Position numbers and translations under genes: made by a program
The notes under the pieces: model-generated
Database searches by the model: none
Told to the model about the DNA's origin: nothing
What the model saw: only the letters and a program-made list of their open reading frames with translations
In this document: positions 39,154 through 51,380 of the stretch, piece after piece
Numbering within the stretch: position 1 is the stretch's first letter
How the letters are laid out: every line of letters begins with the position of its first letter
NCBI RefSeq assembly: GCF_004010195.1
Contig: NC_057719.1
Location: 26,211,344-26,275,343 of the forward strand
DNA from: Chiloscyllium plagiosum
Lineage: Eukaryota
Direction of reading: 5' to 3'
Length of the DNA stretch: 64,000 bases

Positions 39154-39535
39154 CAATGCAAAGAGCTGTCCTTAATCCAATGTTGCATTATGGCCCATTC
39201 CAAAGCACAGGATGACATGCTGAGGCTATGCACTAAAGGTTGGGGCAGCTGTTGCCAAGACGTAGTGGGGCAAGACCACTGTCTGAGACCTTCCTGTCAA
39301 AGTGTAGACATATGCCTATTAAATTGTTAGAGCATCTTGTTGCATCAAAATGAATGTAAATAGTTTGTTACATGAGTTGACATGCCTTTGTTTTTGCATC
39401 TACAGGAACGCTCTGAGGAATGTCAAATTCCAATGTATTATTTGTTTCTCCTCTGCAAAAACTGTACAGAACTGTTTTCAGATCTGTTGTATGGACATAA
39501 TTTTTATGAATAATAAATCTTTGTGCAATTAAAAG
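39154..39535 (+). mobile_element. Tx1-like LINE 3' end
   Basis: QCKELSLIQCCIMAHSKAQDDMLR...GKTTV* followed by AT-rich 3'UTR with aataaa and short A tail. Confidence 0.7.
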
Positions 39536-40077
39536 AATGCACCCCAAAAGCCCTCACTCTCATTCAAATCAGCTGAAAGAATTTCAAACCACATCGAATC
39601 CGAAATAAAATAAATGAAATGACATTGCAAGTCAGGCAATTACAAAGGCTGAGGCTGCTTCCCTTCTGCCTTCTGGGTCTCCTCCCCTGCTTTAGCTGCA
39701 TTACACTCCCCTATATCTAATAAAATCAGAGGACCCTAACCTTAGGGTTGTGACTGCCTCCCGGTACAAAATGCCTAGGCAATCTTTCCCCTTCCTAATG
39801 TGTCTCAGTGTCTGTGGATCGGCCTCCAGTGTGACAGGATCAAAGCTCAAATACTTTCTGCAGATGGATTTGCCTAGATCATACTGTACTTCAGTTCTGA
39901 AAAAACATCACTGCAAACTCAAATGTTAATTCTGGTTCTCTCTCCACAATTGCTGCCAGATGTGCTGAGTTTCTCTAGTGTTCTATGTTTCATTATAAAA
40001 AGTTAGCATTTGGGTGTAGCAATAAATTAAGAAGGCGGATGGTCTTTATTGCTGGGGAGCTGGAGTTTGAAAACAAG

Positions 40078-41072
40078 TGTTGTCTAGTTGTTCCTTAAAA
40101 CAGGTTTGACAACTCCGACCAGAGTGTTATGAATAAATTTACCCAGGTGCCCCACAATACCGAAGCAGTCAAATCACCACAAACAGAAACCGGTACCAAT
40201 GCCAAACATTCCTAACTTTATTAGGAAACAAGTTACAATAACCTTTAATACTAAACATACTATCTCTAATCCTATTCGGCCCCTTAAGCTTACAATACTT
40301 CCTGAGTCTCTTGTTGATTTACAGCACTTGTACTCTCGCTGGCTCTATCTCTGGGTATGACTCTGGGTCTGCAAAGCTGCTTTTCTCTCTTCCTCTATCT
40401 TTCTCTCTCTCTGTCTCTCTCTCTGTCTCTCTCTCTTTCTCTTTCTTTCTCTGGATGGTCAGCTAGTCTCTGCCTCTTGCCATGTTGGTCTCCTCAGAAA
40501 GGCTGTAGAAGTGAGATTGCTCTGTAGGTGAACCCTGTTTTTACAGAGGAACTTTGATTATCCAAATTTCGAATTATTCGGACAAGATCGCAAGGTTCTG
40601 ATGCCTGGCTAAATAGTGTTATCTGACATTCGATTATCCAAACATTCGATTTTCTGAACAAAATACTCACCGCCTATGTCATTTGGATAATCGAGGTTCC
40701 TCTGAATACCATTTTGGAGGGTTCTCTGGTGCTTTCTGCAGTCTGGCCAATCAGGGAGACACAATTAATAGTTTGAAACATTGTCAATCATTTGGATGGC
40801 CTGCTGCTGTTTATTTCTTTGTAGCAGGACCCAGTGTCTTTCTGTCTGGACCTTCCTTTGTTTGCTGGGTAAGTTTTTGGGGGTTTCTGTCCAGGATAAC
40901 TGTTGCCTTTTATGTTATGCTAATGTAATTAGCACCTGGCTGTTGTGTTTGCATTGTGTCTGGTGTATGGCTTTTGTGATTTCAGTGTTTCATTTGGCTA
41001 ATGTACCAGCATCCTTTGTTATTTGGCCAAGTTAGCATCTATCGGTATTTTGGCAGATAGGGGGCTGGAACA
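40078..41072 (-). mobile_element. Solo LTR (retrovirus-like) inserted in an old CR1 fragment
   Basis: TG...CA termini, caag/cagg flanks; on minus a disrupted TATAAAA near 40540, (GA)n tract, AATAAA near 40220; host CR1-like sequence rejoins across it. Confidence 0.75.
40544..40704. mobile_element. pogo/Tigger-like MITE
   Basis: 24-bp TIRs cagaggaactttgattatccaaat / atttggataatcgaggttcctctg; TA left flank, AA right flank. Confidence 0.8.
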
Positions 41073-42334
41073 CAGGGAAGTCTTCGTGGAGGAGTACACA
41101 AATGCCAGCACCGGAGAGTGTGTCAATTTTAACATGATATTCTTGAGGCTGATGGACTCACCAGTCTCAATGACATCTACAGGGCTTTTAGTAATTGAAA
41201 AGATAAACCAAGGGTTTTTATTGGGGTTCTGGAAAAGTGCCAGATGAAATTATGGTTGGGAAACACAGAAATGCAGAATTTCTTACTCACCATGCAGTTT
41301 AACCCAATGGAACCCCCAACTGCATCTCTATTCTCTGAACTTTTATATTCCAATGTGTTTCTGGCCAGTACCCCCAACATTTCATACTCCTAAACATGGG
41401 GTCTTTTTACAACTCATTACTCACAAGTTAAGTTCACCTATAACCTATGTCCTCACTGATCCACTTTGATTTCTGGTTAAATGATGCTTTGATTCAAATC
41501 TCTCTATGGCCTCAACACTTGCGCTGTCTGTAATCTCCTTAAAAGTCACAATCCTCCAAGATCTCTGGCTTATTGAGCATCCCAATTATAATTGCGCTAC
41601 TATTGGTGAGCATGCCTTTGCCTGGCAAGTTTCTGAGCTCTGAACCTCCCTCCCCATGGCAAAAAGTCAGCCTCAACTCTACACTTGCAGCCAGGTGCGT
41701 CTGGTCTATTTTGTTTCTGGTCAATGGTAAGCCCTGAATTGTTATGCTGGGGGGGGTACAGTGATGGTAATATTGTTGAAATTCAAGGGAAGATACTTTT
41801 GACCCTCTTTTGTTTGAGATGATCATTTCCTGATTCTTATGTGGCACCAAAGTTATTTCTTGCTACTATAAGTTCAAACTTGAACATTGACCACATCTTG
41901 CTATATGATGAGCCAAACTTTTGGCGACACCATTTAATATTTGCTTTGGCTCCGAACCGATTTTTTTCTCCATACACCTCAGTGAAGTGCAGGAGGACAC
42001 ATTTATGCCAGTCCAAGGTGCTGTGCAATTGTAAGCATATAAATATTTTCAATAATCTGATGCTGACAGTAAAAATATGGGTGCGTCTGGATTATGACAG
42101 GGAGCAATGTAGTACACCTATTCATCCTTCAGAAGGTTAGCCTGGTGAATCAAATTACAGTATCATTTGATATACTGATGGAGACTCTGAGTTGTACATC
42201 ATTAAACCTGAGCATCAGCCGAATAGCCTTCATAGAACACAGAAGACAGCAAGCTGTTTATTAATGTTTCTCCCTGAAGATAACATTTCAAATTACATCT
42301 GAGATGTTATATTTATTTTATTAGTTCTTAGAAA

Positions 42335-42540
42335 GACTTGCATTTATATGGCGCCTTGCAGAACCTCAACATATCCAAAGTTTTCTTCTCTATCCACCAA
42401 AGTACTTAATGTAAGGTAGGAAGCACCACGACCTCAACAAGCACAGTATAACAAAAAACAGATAATCCCTGAGTGCTATTAGTCCAAGAATAAATACTGG
42501 CCAGGACACAGAGGAAGAATGCAATTCTTCAACTAAAGCC
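42335..42540 (-). mobile_element. Old Deu-type SINE fragment, continuing at about 43262-43375 after the PLE insertion
   Basis: cttgcatttatat...taaatactggccaggacac motif; a related copy lies at about 34240-34460. Confidence 0.55.
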
Positions 42541-43262
42541 AACCGCCACCAGGACAGAACCCCACCGGTCCTCACCTACCACCCCACCAATCTCCATGTA
42601 CAGCGCATCATCCGCCGTCATTTCCGCCACCTCCAAACGGACCCCACCACCAAGGATATATTTCCCTCCCCTCCCCTATCAGCATTCCGTAAAGACCACT
42701 CCCTCCGTGACTCCCTTGTCAGATCCACACCCCCCACCAACCCAACCTCCACTCCCCGCACCTTCCCCTGCAACCGCAGGAGGTGCAAGACTTGCGCCCA
42801 CACCACCCCCCCCACCTCCCTCCAAGGCCCCAAAGGAAACTTCCATATCCGCCACAGATTCACCTGCACCTCCACACACATCATCTATTACATCCTCTGC
42901 ACCTGATGTGGCCTCCTCTATATTGGGGAGACAGGCAGGCTACTTGCGGAGCGTTTCAGAGAACACCTATGGGACACCCGGACCAACCAACCCAACCACC
43001 ATGTGGCTCAACACTTCAACTCCCCCTCCCACTCCACCAAGAATATGCAAGTCTTTGGACTCCTCCATCGCCAGACCACAACAACACGACAGTTGGAGNN
43101 NNNNNNNACGCCCCTCCCCCAAGTCCCTCCTCCCTACCTTTTATCTTAGCCTGCTGGACACACTTTCCTCATTCCTGAAGAAGGGCTTATGCCCAAAACG
43201 TCGATTCTCCTGTTCCCTGGATGCTGCCTGACCTGCTGCGCTTTTCCAGCAACACATTTTCA
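42541..43262 (+). mobile_element. Penelope-like element, 5'-truncated, with GIY-YIG endonuclease and terminal repeat
   Basis: CNRRRCKTCAH; HIIYYILCT*CGLLYIGETGRLLAERFREH; hammerhead-like ctgaagaagggcttatgcccaaaacgtc near 43175. Confidence 0.92.
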
Positions 43263-45344
43263 GCCATGGAATCATAGCCAAGAGAGCAGCTTCATCCAAA
43301 ATACAGTTTCTGTCAGTGCAGTTTTTTTCACTCCTGCAGTGGAGTGTCAGCCTGGATTTAGTATATGGGACTTGAAGCTATGTCAAGTGAATTCTTGAAA
43401 TAGGTATCAACTCATTGCTACACCATGCTATAAATAATGCAATGCAGTGCCAATACTGTAATTTGACTAGCCCTAGGATACTCAATTAAACTAATTTAGA
43501 CTGCTGATATATATTCATTCAAATTTTATTAATTTGCAATCATGCAAGTCGATTCAGTCCTGATTTTTTAAAAGAATACTTTTAAAAGAACAATACTTTG
43601 TCGCCAACAGATTCAGTACAATCAAATCTTTGCCATTTGACTTGTGGGTTCTGCAGGTGTTCCATTGGAAAATAGTAAAATTATACAAATATTTTGTTCA
43701 TCTCTTAATCATTGCCAAGGAATTATATTCACCATTTTCCTCTGTCCTTTAAGCGTAACCCTGACCAGGAAAGCAAGCAGACATTCGTCGGGTGCAGCCT
43801 GGATAACACACCAATCATATATTTCCATAGCTGTGGAAACAGTTGCCAAGCAACAATTTATGAAGAATTTCTCACACTGATTGTTTTTTATCAGGGCCCA
43901 CAGTCTTGAACTGCACAGACATCTTGTTATTTGATGAGAAACCTTTTATTTTAAAAGTTCAGTTACAATCAGAACTACATGCTGTCCAATTTTTTTTCAG
44001 ATTTGAGTTTGAGTTCAGCTTTGAAGTTCCAAATGCTTATGCAAAGCTGAGTTCAAGCATTTATTTTCTACAATTCAATATGATGGTCGTGTTTGACTGA
44101 TTTAGCTGGTAACAGTTTTAACAATGTAGCTATAACCATAGCTTGTGGTTATAGATTTCACCCTTTTAAATTGGATTTTAAAAAGAAACTATATCCATGT
44201 AATATTAATAGAACATCAATTTGCATTTATATAGCAACATTAGCATAAAACATTCCAAAGGCGCTTCACAAAATTTGCCACCACAAGGAATCAATAAAAC
44301 AAATGACTGAAACCTTGTCTGAAGAGGAAGGATTGCACTGAAGGCAGAAAGAGAGAAAGAGGGAGACAGAGGGAGTGAAAGGGAGAGAGAGAGCGAATGG
44401 CAGAAATGTTTGGGGAAGGAGGTTCAGAGCCAGGCACTTGCCAGGTAAAGGCATACTCACCAATGGTGGTGCAACTGAAATCAGAGATGCTCACTAAGCC
44501 AGAGATCTTGGAGGATTGTGAGTTTCAAGAAGGTTGCAGCCAGAAGGAGCATTGACATTATAGACAGATTTGAAATCAAGGGTGAAATTGTTAAGTCTAG
44601 CATTGCAAAACTAGAAATTAATGCAAGTCATTTTACACACGGGTAACAAATGAACAGGACTTAGTATGAGGAGTGAGTTTTGGACGACCCCCATGTTTAA
44701 GGAGGTTGGAGATTGTGGGAGTCCAGAGGCTGCAAAGGTGTGGATGAGGACTCCCCTGCAGTTAAACTGCACAATGAGCAAAGATTCCTGCATTTCTAGG
44801 TTTCCCAACCAGAATTCCTATTAGCCCTGCTCCAAAATAAATGCTGTTAGTTTATCTTTACAATTACTGAAAGCTCTGTAGGCAACCGTGAGCAACTGTT
44901 GTGTCCATGAGATGGTGTAGTCGGCCGTAAGTTTTGCCTGAATAATCAGACTGCTTATCTGACAGCCAGTACTGAAAGAGCACAAATACTAGGAAGTTCA
45001 AAGTCATTGACTTTGATCCTTGCTACTGACTCCATTCCTCTCTTTGTCAGAATTTTCCAAACGGGACAATTGACAACCTTTATGTTATTTTTGACCCTGA
45101 GATGAACTTCCAACCACACGTCTATACCACCTCAGAGAATGTTTGAAATTTTTTTGCCAGGGCTTCTATCTAGAAACAGGCCCACTTGACAGGGTTGGCT
45201 GGTTGGTTGGTTGAGACCCAATGAGTCTTGTTGTGCCGTGTCTCTACCTGGGTTCAACTTCCACCTGCTTCCGAGGTGTGCAATATCATCGCTGAATAAG
45301 TGGATTAGAAAAATAGGTTAATTTTTTAAAAATAAAGCAGAGCC

Positions 45345-45872
45345 AACATCTTGATTTAGTCCCTTCCTACTCTCCCAACCCAACCCCCCTCAACTTTAAT
45401 AGTTAGCATTGCCCATGATCGGATTTGCATGTAAACATTCAATTGGCTACATGGGTGTTTTACTCGTGGTGTTTAACAGGTTAAAAAAAAGTGGTGATTT
45501 TGGTGGTGGGAGAGTCACTTTGTTGAGTGTGATAACATTTCTGGGTAGAAAAACAATAATGCAGATGCACAACAAGTTCAGGCACTGGAGAGGCCTATCT
45601 GCCTACTGTCTGCCCCTCTTCTGCAGATATGTTTGGGGCCCGGGTGTCCTTGGAGAAGGAGCACATGGTGTCCAGCAATGCTCTTGATGTCTTTAGAGAG
45701 AGGTGGACGCCGCCAGGGATACAGTGCCTTATTTCCCCCTCCAACTACATTTTGATTTAGCTCCTCCTCCCTCTCCTTACCTCCCCTTCAGTTTTAATGG
45801 TTAGCACTGCCCTTAATGGGCTTTGCATGCCAATATCCCATTGGTTATCTGCATGATTTAATCATAGTATCT
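45345..45872 (+). mobile_element. Two stacked Tx1-like LINE 3' ends
   Basis: CLPLFCRYV..RVSLEKEHMVSSNALDVFRERW...SPSNYILI* ending near 45760; the 3'UTR occurs twice about 400 bp apart; the second UTR resumes near 47065-47122. Confidence 0.65.
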
Positions 45873-47063
45873 CATAGATAAAAGCAAAAATAGAATGTCC
45901 TAGTGATTTGATAATGGGAAAATACTTGAACAAGCAGTTCTGCCAATCATCTGCCCAAACTTTGGGTCTGCTACGTGGATGACACCCTTTGTCATCACTA
46001 AAAGAAAAAAATTAGAGGAAACCTTCAAGACCATCAACAATATCCTTACTGGCATAAAATTCACAAAAGAGGAGGAAAACAACAACAAGCTGCCATTCCT
46101 AGACGTCACAGTAGAGCAAACTGCCAATTGGGAACATCAAACGAGCATCTACAGGAAAACAAAACATACGGACCAAATACTGAACTACAGAAGCAATCAT
46201 CCCAACACCCCCACATGAAGCTGCACCAGAACATCATTTCAATGAGCAACCACACGCTGCAGCACAGAGGAACTACGAAGAGCAGAGAAGAATCACCTAT
46301 ATGGTGTATTAAAAAAGAACAGGTACCCAATGAACACAGTCTGCTGATCTCTCAGCAACAAACCCAAATAATCAGATAAAATGCACCCAAACGTCCTAGC
46401 CATTCTCCCTACATCAAAGACATCTCAGAAATGACTGCCAGACTACTCAGACCTTTTGACATCATGGTAGCCCACAAACCCACCAACACACTAAAACAGC
46501 AATTAATGAAATTAAAAGACCCGATACAGACAACAAGCAAAACAAACATCATTTGCAAAATACTTTGCAAAAACTGTAACAAACACTACATTGGATAAAC
46601 AGACAGAAAACTAGCCACCAGGATACATGAACATCAACTAGCACAAAAAGACATGACCCTCTCTCACTAGTATCCTTACATACAGATAAGGAAGGACACC
46701 ACTTCGACTGGGACAACACATCCATTCTAAGACAAGCCAGAGACATGCACGAGAATTCCTAGAAGCATGGCATTCCAACCAGAACTCTGTCAACAAGCAC
46801 ATTGACTTGAATCCCATGTGTTACCCTCTGAGAAATGACATCACCAATACAGGAAATGACATCAGCACAGGAAATGACATTGCCAACCCAAGGAAACCTA
46901 AACACATTAATAGAGAGCAGAACATAACACCAGTGCTTCATCAGAGGCTCACTAATGATGTTACCTAGTATGGTGATGAAATGTCTGAAAACGAACCTTT
47001 CAGCTCAGCGAGCAAACTTACATCCAGAATCTCAACCTGAGCTGCAAATCTCAAAGCTTGCTA
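45873..47063 (+). mobile_element. Penelope-like element, second family, 5'-truncated
   Basis: YVDDT; GIKFTKEEENNNKLPFLDV; YRKTKHTDQILNYRSNHP; GIY-YIG remnant CKNCNKHYIG; decayed hammerhead ctaatgatgttacc..ggtgatgaaatgtc near 46952-46986. Confidence 0.9.
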
Positions 47064-48569
47064 AACACCATTCTGTTGTGTGTAAAAGCATTTTGGGTTT
47101 TAAAAAATGGAAATTTAAAAAGAAGTGAAGCAGACCCAGGGTTAGGTCTACAGAACTGTCTGTCCCAGGCTGAGACTAGTATGTGTACACCATGAGCAGG
47201 GGCTCTACTTTGGTGTTCAACAATAAACAAAGTTCCTTTCCAGTCAGACTTCTTGAGTTACTACATTGATCAAACTTTCTCACAGAGACAACCTCATTGT
47301 TGCAGGAATCAACCTCGAGAATCTTTTTCAAACTGCCTTCAATGAAGTAGATCATGCTTTAACTCAGAAGATGATACTTGCTTGTGACACATCAAAGGAC
47401 GATATTTAATGAAGGCAATGGAATCTTGCCCATCAACTGAAGGGTTGGTGAGACTCCCATGTTTCACCTCTTGTCAATCCAGTATTTAATTAGGAAAGGT
47501 CATGTGTACCCATGATCAACGATTCTGGAGGCAGAACTCCCGTTCTGCACTCTGAGAGTTGCTAATCAGGCAGAGACTGGCAGCTGTGCATTGGTCAATA
47601 GCACCATCAGGAGATTAGTGGCAGCTACTGGCAATGCACCCAACTGAGGCCCAGAATTTACTGAGAGCTACAGACCAGCAAGTGCTGGTGTAATATGGAT
47701 CACAGGGTACCTGGGGCCTGGTGGGGGAATGGTCTTGGCAGCTAGAACAGGAGATGGTTCTGACTGCAGTCCAAGTGCCCACTTTGAATGAGGGAGCTCT
47801 CCGAAAGCCCACAGACTACCCTACCAGGAATTGCCTTGTCGGCTTCCCACAAAGACCATCTCTCACCCACCTCTGTGAAGACCAACAGCGACAGGATTGC
47901 AGACCATCTTCCTGAGCTTTACCTATATCATTAATATTTAAATAATGACCACAATAACTGGATAATTCATCTCCCACACAAATTCCCCTCTGAGGCCCGA
48001 GGAGATATTCTTGACCCTGGCATGAAGCACAGCCTTTGGGAATTATGGTCTGAGCTTCATGGAGCAATAACTACCCCTTCAATGTACTGTCCTCCACTAC
48101 CACTACAATCCTTTTTATTGTCCCAACTTAAATAATGCTCTGCTTGACAGTGCTGTGGTCAGTTTACTTATCCTCTCTGCAGTCCGTGTTCTTATCTACA
48201 AAAGAGCCTTGTAGGCTTTTGGAGAAATACAAGAACAGAAACTCCTACTTTACTACTATCTGGGTGCTGATATCTGCATCATTCATAGTCATACTGCCTT
48301 GTTCCTGACCATGGATCAAATCTGAATGACTTAGCCTTGGAGGCTATGACTGTCTCTAGGGCAAAGCGTAGAGGCAACATTCTCCCTCCCTGCTGCATCA
48401 TTAAGCTCAGAATCCAACTCATCAACTCTGAGTTGATCTTTCTCAAGCTGCAAACACAGTACCAACAGAGATGACTAACACTGGGGTCCACCAGATGAAT
48501 ATCACTTGCCCTGCCATCTGTATGGTGTTTTATTTAACTATTTAGGTTTTCAAGTTTTTAAACATTGTG

Positions 48570-49737
48570 CAGCCATACATTACAATGGTGAGACCAGTTT
48601 TGGAATACTGCATTCAATTTTGTTAACAACTAAATGTTGTTAAACTTGAAAGGGTGCAGAAAAGATATACATGACTGTTTCTGGGGTTGGGCAGTTTGAG
48701 CTCTAGGGAGAGGCTGAATAGGCTGGGGCTGTTTTTTCTTGGAGCATCAGAGGCTGAGGGGTAATGTAAAAAAAGGTTTACAAAATCATGAACGGCATGG
48801 ATAGGGTGAATAGCAAAGGTCTTTTTCCCAGGGTAGGGGAATCCAAAACTAGAAGGCATGGGCTGAGAAGTGGCAGATGGAGTTTAATTCAGATAAATGC
48901 AAGGTGATGTATTTTGGGAAAGCAAATCTTAGCAGAACTTATACACTTAAGGGGTAAGGTCCTAGGGAGTCTTGCTGAACAAAGAGACCTCAGGGTGCAG
49001 GTTCATAGCTCCTTGAAAGTATTGTTGCAGGTAGATAGGATAGTGAAGAAGACGTTTGGTATGCTTTCCTTTATTGGTCAGAGTATTGAGTACAGGAGTT
49101 GGGAGGTCATGTTGCGGCTGTACAGGACATTGGTTAGGCCACTGTTAGAATATTTCGTGCAATTCTGGTCTCCTTCCTATCAGAAAGTTGNNNNNNNNNN
49201 NNNNNNNNNNNNNNNNNNNNNNNNNNNNNNNNNNNNNNNNNNNNNNNNNNNNNNNNNNNNNNNNNNNNNNNNNNNNNNNNNNNNNNNNNNNNNNNNNGTA
49301 CAATTGCAACATTTAAGAGGCATTTGGATGGGTATATGAATAGGAAGGGTTTGGAGGGATATGGGCCGGGTGCTGGCAGGTGGGACTATATTGGGTTGGG
49401 ATATTTGGTCGGCATGGACGGGTTGGACTGAAGGGTCTGTTTCCATGCTGGACATCTCTATGACTCTATGAGAGGGGAAAGATTTAAAAGGGACCTGAGG
49501 GGCAACTTTTTCATACAGAGGGTGGTGCGTGTATGGAATGAGCTGCCAGAGGAAGTAGTGGAGGCTGGTACAATTACAACATTTAAAAGGCATTTGGATG
49601 AGGACATGAATAGGAAAGGTTTTGAGGGATATGGGCCAAATACTGACAAATGGGGCAATATTAGTTTAAGATATCTGGTCAGTATGGATGAGCTGGACCA
49701 AAGGGTCTGTGTCCATGCTGTACAATTCTATGACTCT
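48570..49737 (+). mobile_element. Composite of three CR1 3' fragments
   Basis: 48570-48858, 48858-49469 (RLYRTLVRPLLEY, tail) and 49469-49737 (second 3' end); gap 49191-49297. Confidence 0.88.
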
Positions 49738-49799
49738 AGAAATTGTCTATTTATAGATTTTACTTCAAGTAATAACTTTATTCAATTGATTGATTGCCT

Positions 49800-49871
49800 T
49801 CCCTGGTAGTCTAGTGGTTAGGGTTTGGTACTCTTTCCACCGTGGCCTGGGTTCTATTCCCAGTCAGGGAA
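49800..49871 (+). pseudogene. tRNA-Glu(CTC)-derived pseudogene
   Basis: 72 nt, 60/72 identical to the vertebrate tRNA-Glu-CTC sequence as I recall it; anticodon now CTT, T-loop GTTCTA, many CpG transitions. Confidence 0.85.
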
Positions 49872-49956
49872 TGGGAGCTTTCCTCTGTTTGTTTATCGTG
49901 GTGACAGTGTTCCTGAAGCAGGAAATGAAGTGTGTAGCTGAGAAGTGATCCGTTTT

Positions 49957-50313
49957 GGGGTGTCACGATGACTCAGTGGTTAGCACTGCTGCCTCACAGC
50001 ACCAGGGACTTGAGTGCAATTCCAGCCTCAGGCGACTGTCTGTGTGGAGTTTGCACCTTCTCCCTGTGTGTGCGTGGGTTTCCTCCAGGTGCTCCGGTTT
50101 CTCCCACAATCCAAAGATGTGCAGGTTAGGTGAATTGGCCATGCTAAATTGCCCATAGTGTTCAGGGTGTGTAGGTTAGGTGCATTACACTGGGGAAATG
50201 TGGAATAATAGAATATGGGATTGGGTGGGTTGCTCTTCGGAGGTTTGGTGTGGAGTTGTTGAGCTGAAGGGCCTATTACCACAGATTCTATGATTCTGTA
50301 GGGATTCTATGAT
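49957..50313 (+). mobile_element. HE1-type V-SINE
   Basis: Head, V core and gattctat tail. Confidence 0.92.
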
Positions 50314-50944
50314 TAAATTCAGATAAATGCTTTAAGAATTTATCATAACTTACCCCATGTGAGAAGAGGCTCCAGATGGCAGCACATGATAAACAGAATG
50401 CGTTATTGTGGATTCAAGAGCCTTAATAAATATCCCTCTGGACTATCAGCTGACTGAACAGCAGTGGCCACCTGCATCAAAATGAATGTCAATATTTATT
50501 CACTAATTGTTTCAGACTCAAGAATGTCTGGAACCCTAAATGCCAAATATCATTTGGCTTGCAGTGGGTACTTTAACCAAATGTTTATGTTCAAAATGCT
50601 GATGTATTAACTGGAAGTCTATAATATACTGAATGACACCGATTGAATTTTTAAATTGTTTTAGTTCTTAATTTAAACCAATGTCCTAATGTAGAGAAAC
50701 TGAAAAGTACTTACCAATGAATCACTTAATCTGCTTTCATGTGAAGTCAGACTTTGATAAGTTTCACAATTTTTAATTCAAACATTACCCAGGGTTTCTG
50801 TGATGCTTTTAATTCTCCCCTCTCCCACTGTACTTTGCTGATTTGTTGTTGGTGATTTAGGTGATGTTTCTAAAATCCCCTCATCCTATTGTACTTTAGT
50901 GTTCTTCCCTAAAGTTTCAGTAATCATTAATGGAGGGGAGGAGT

Positions 50945-51380
50945 TAAAGCAGGAACTGGCAGCTACAAAGTGTTCGTTCTTCATTACCCTGAGGAACTCC
51001 TGGCAGTGGTAGGCCTGGAGCGTGGACTTTTGGCAGTGGTAGTGGTGTTGGGAGTCAGGACGCCTGGTGGTTGTAGGCCTGGAGCCTGGCTTCTTGGTGG
51101 TGTTGGAAGGCAGAAGCAGAGTTGGGGTTTCCTGGGGCATCGGCAGCAGCGTTGCTTTTCTCAGAGCGGGAACATCTTAATGCCTGAAACATACTGCAGA
51201 GACCTTATAGAAGTCCCTGAAGCTGTGTTTGAGACCTTAATTTGAACAGAAGGTGAACTCTTATTTAAATAATTGTTTTAAAATCCTTATTGTAAATCAA
51301 AATGACACGGATTGTAGCGACAAAACACTTTTCACTGTATCCTCAAGATAAATGTGACAATAAATCATTCATAAATCAAC
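50945..51380 (+). mobile_element. Putative non-autonomous retroelement with a LINE-derived tail
   Basis: G-rich body with gtaggcctggagc twice; tail shares aacacttttcactgtatc with 12231-12248. Confidence 0.5.

Noticed and set aside
42596-43231. 211-aa proline-rich ORF
   Set aside because: Alternative frame of the Penelope GIY-YIG region.
45420-45450. Octamer ATTTGCAT plus ATTGG suggesting a histone H2B or snRNA promoter
   Set aside because: Lies in a Tx1 3'UTR; no such gene adjacent.
46832-46880. Three spaced gaaatgacat repeats, superficially CRISPR-like
   Set aside because: 10-bp units with about 10-bp spacers inside a Penelope element in a vertebrate genome.
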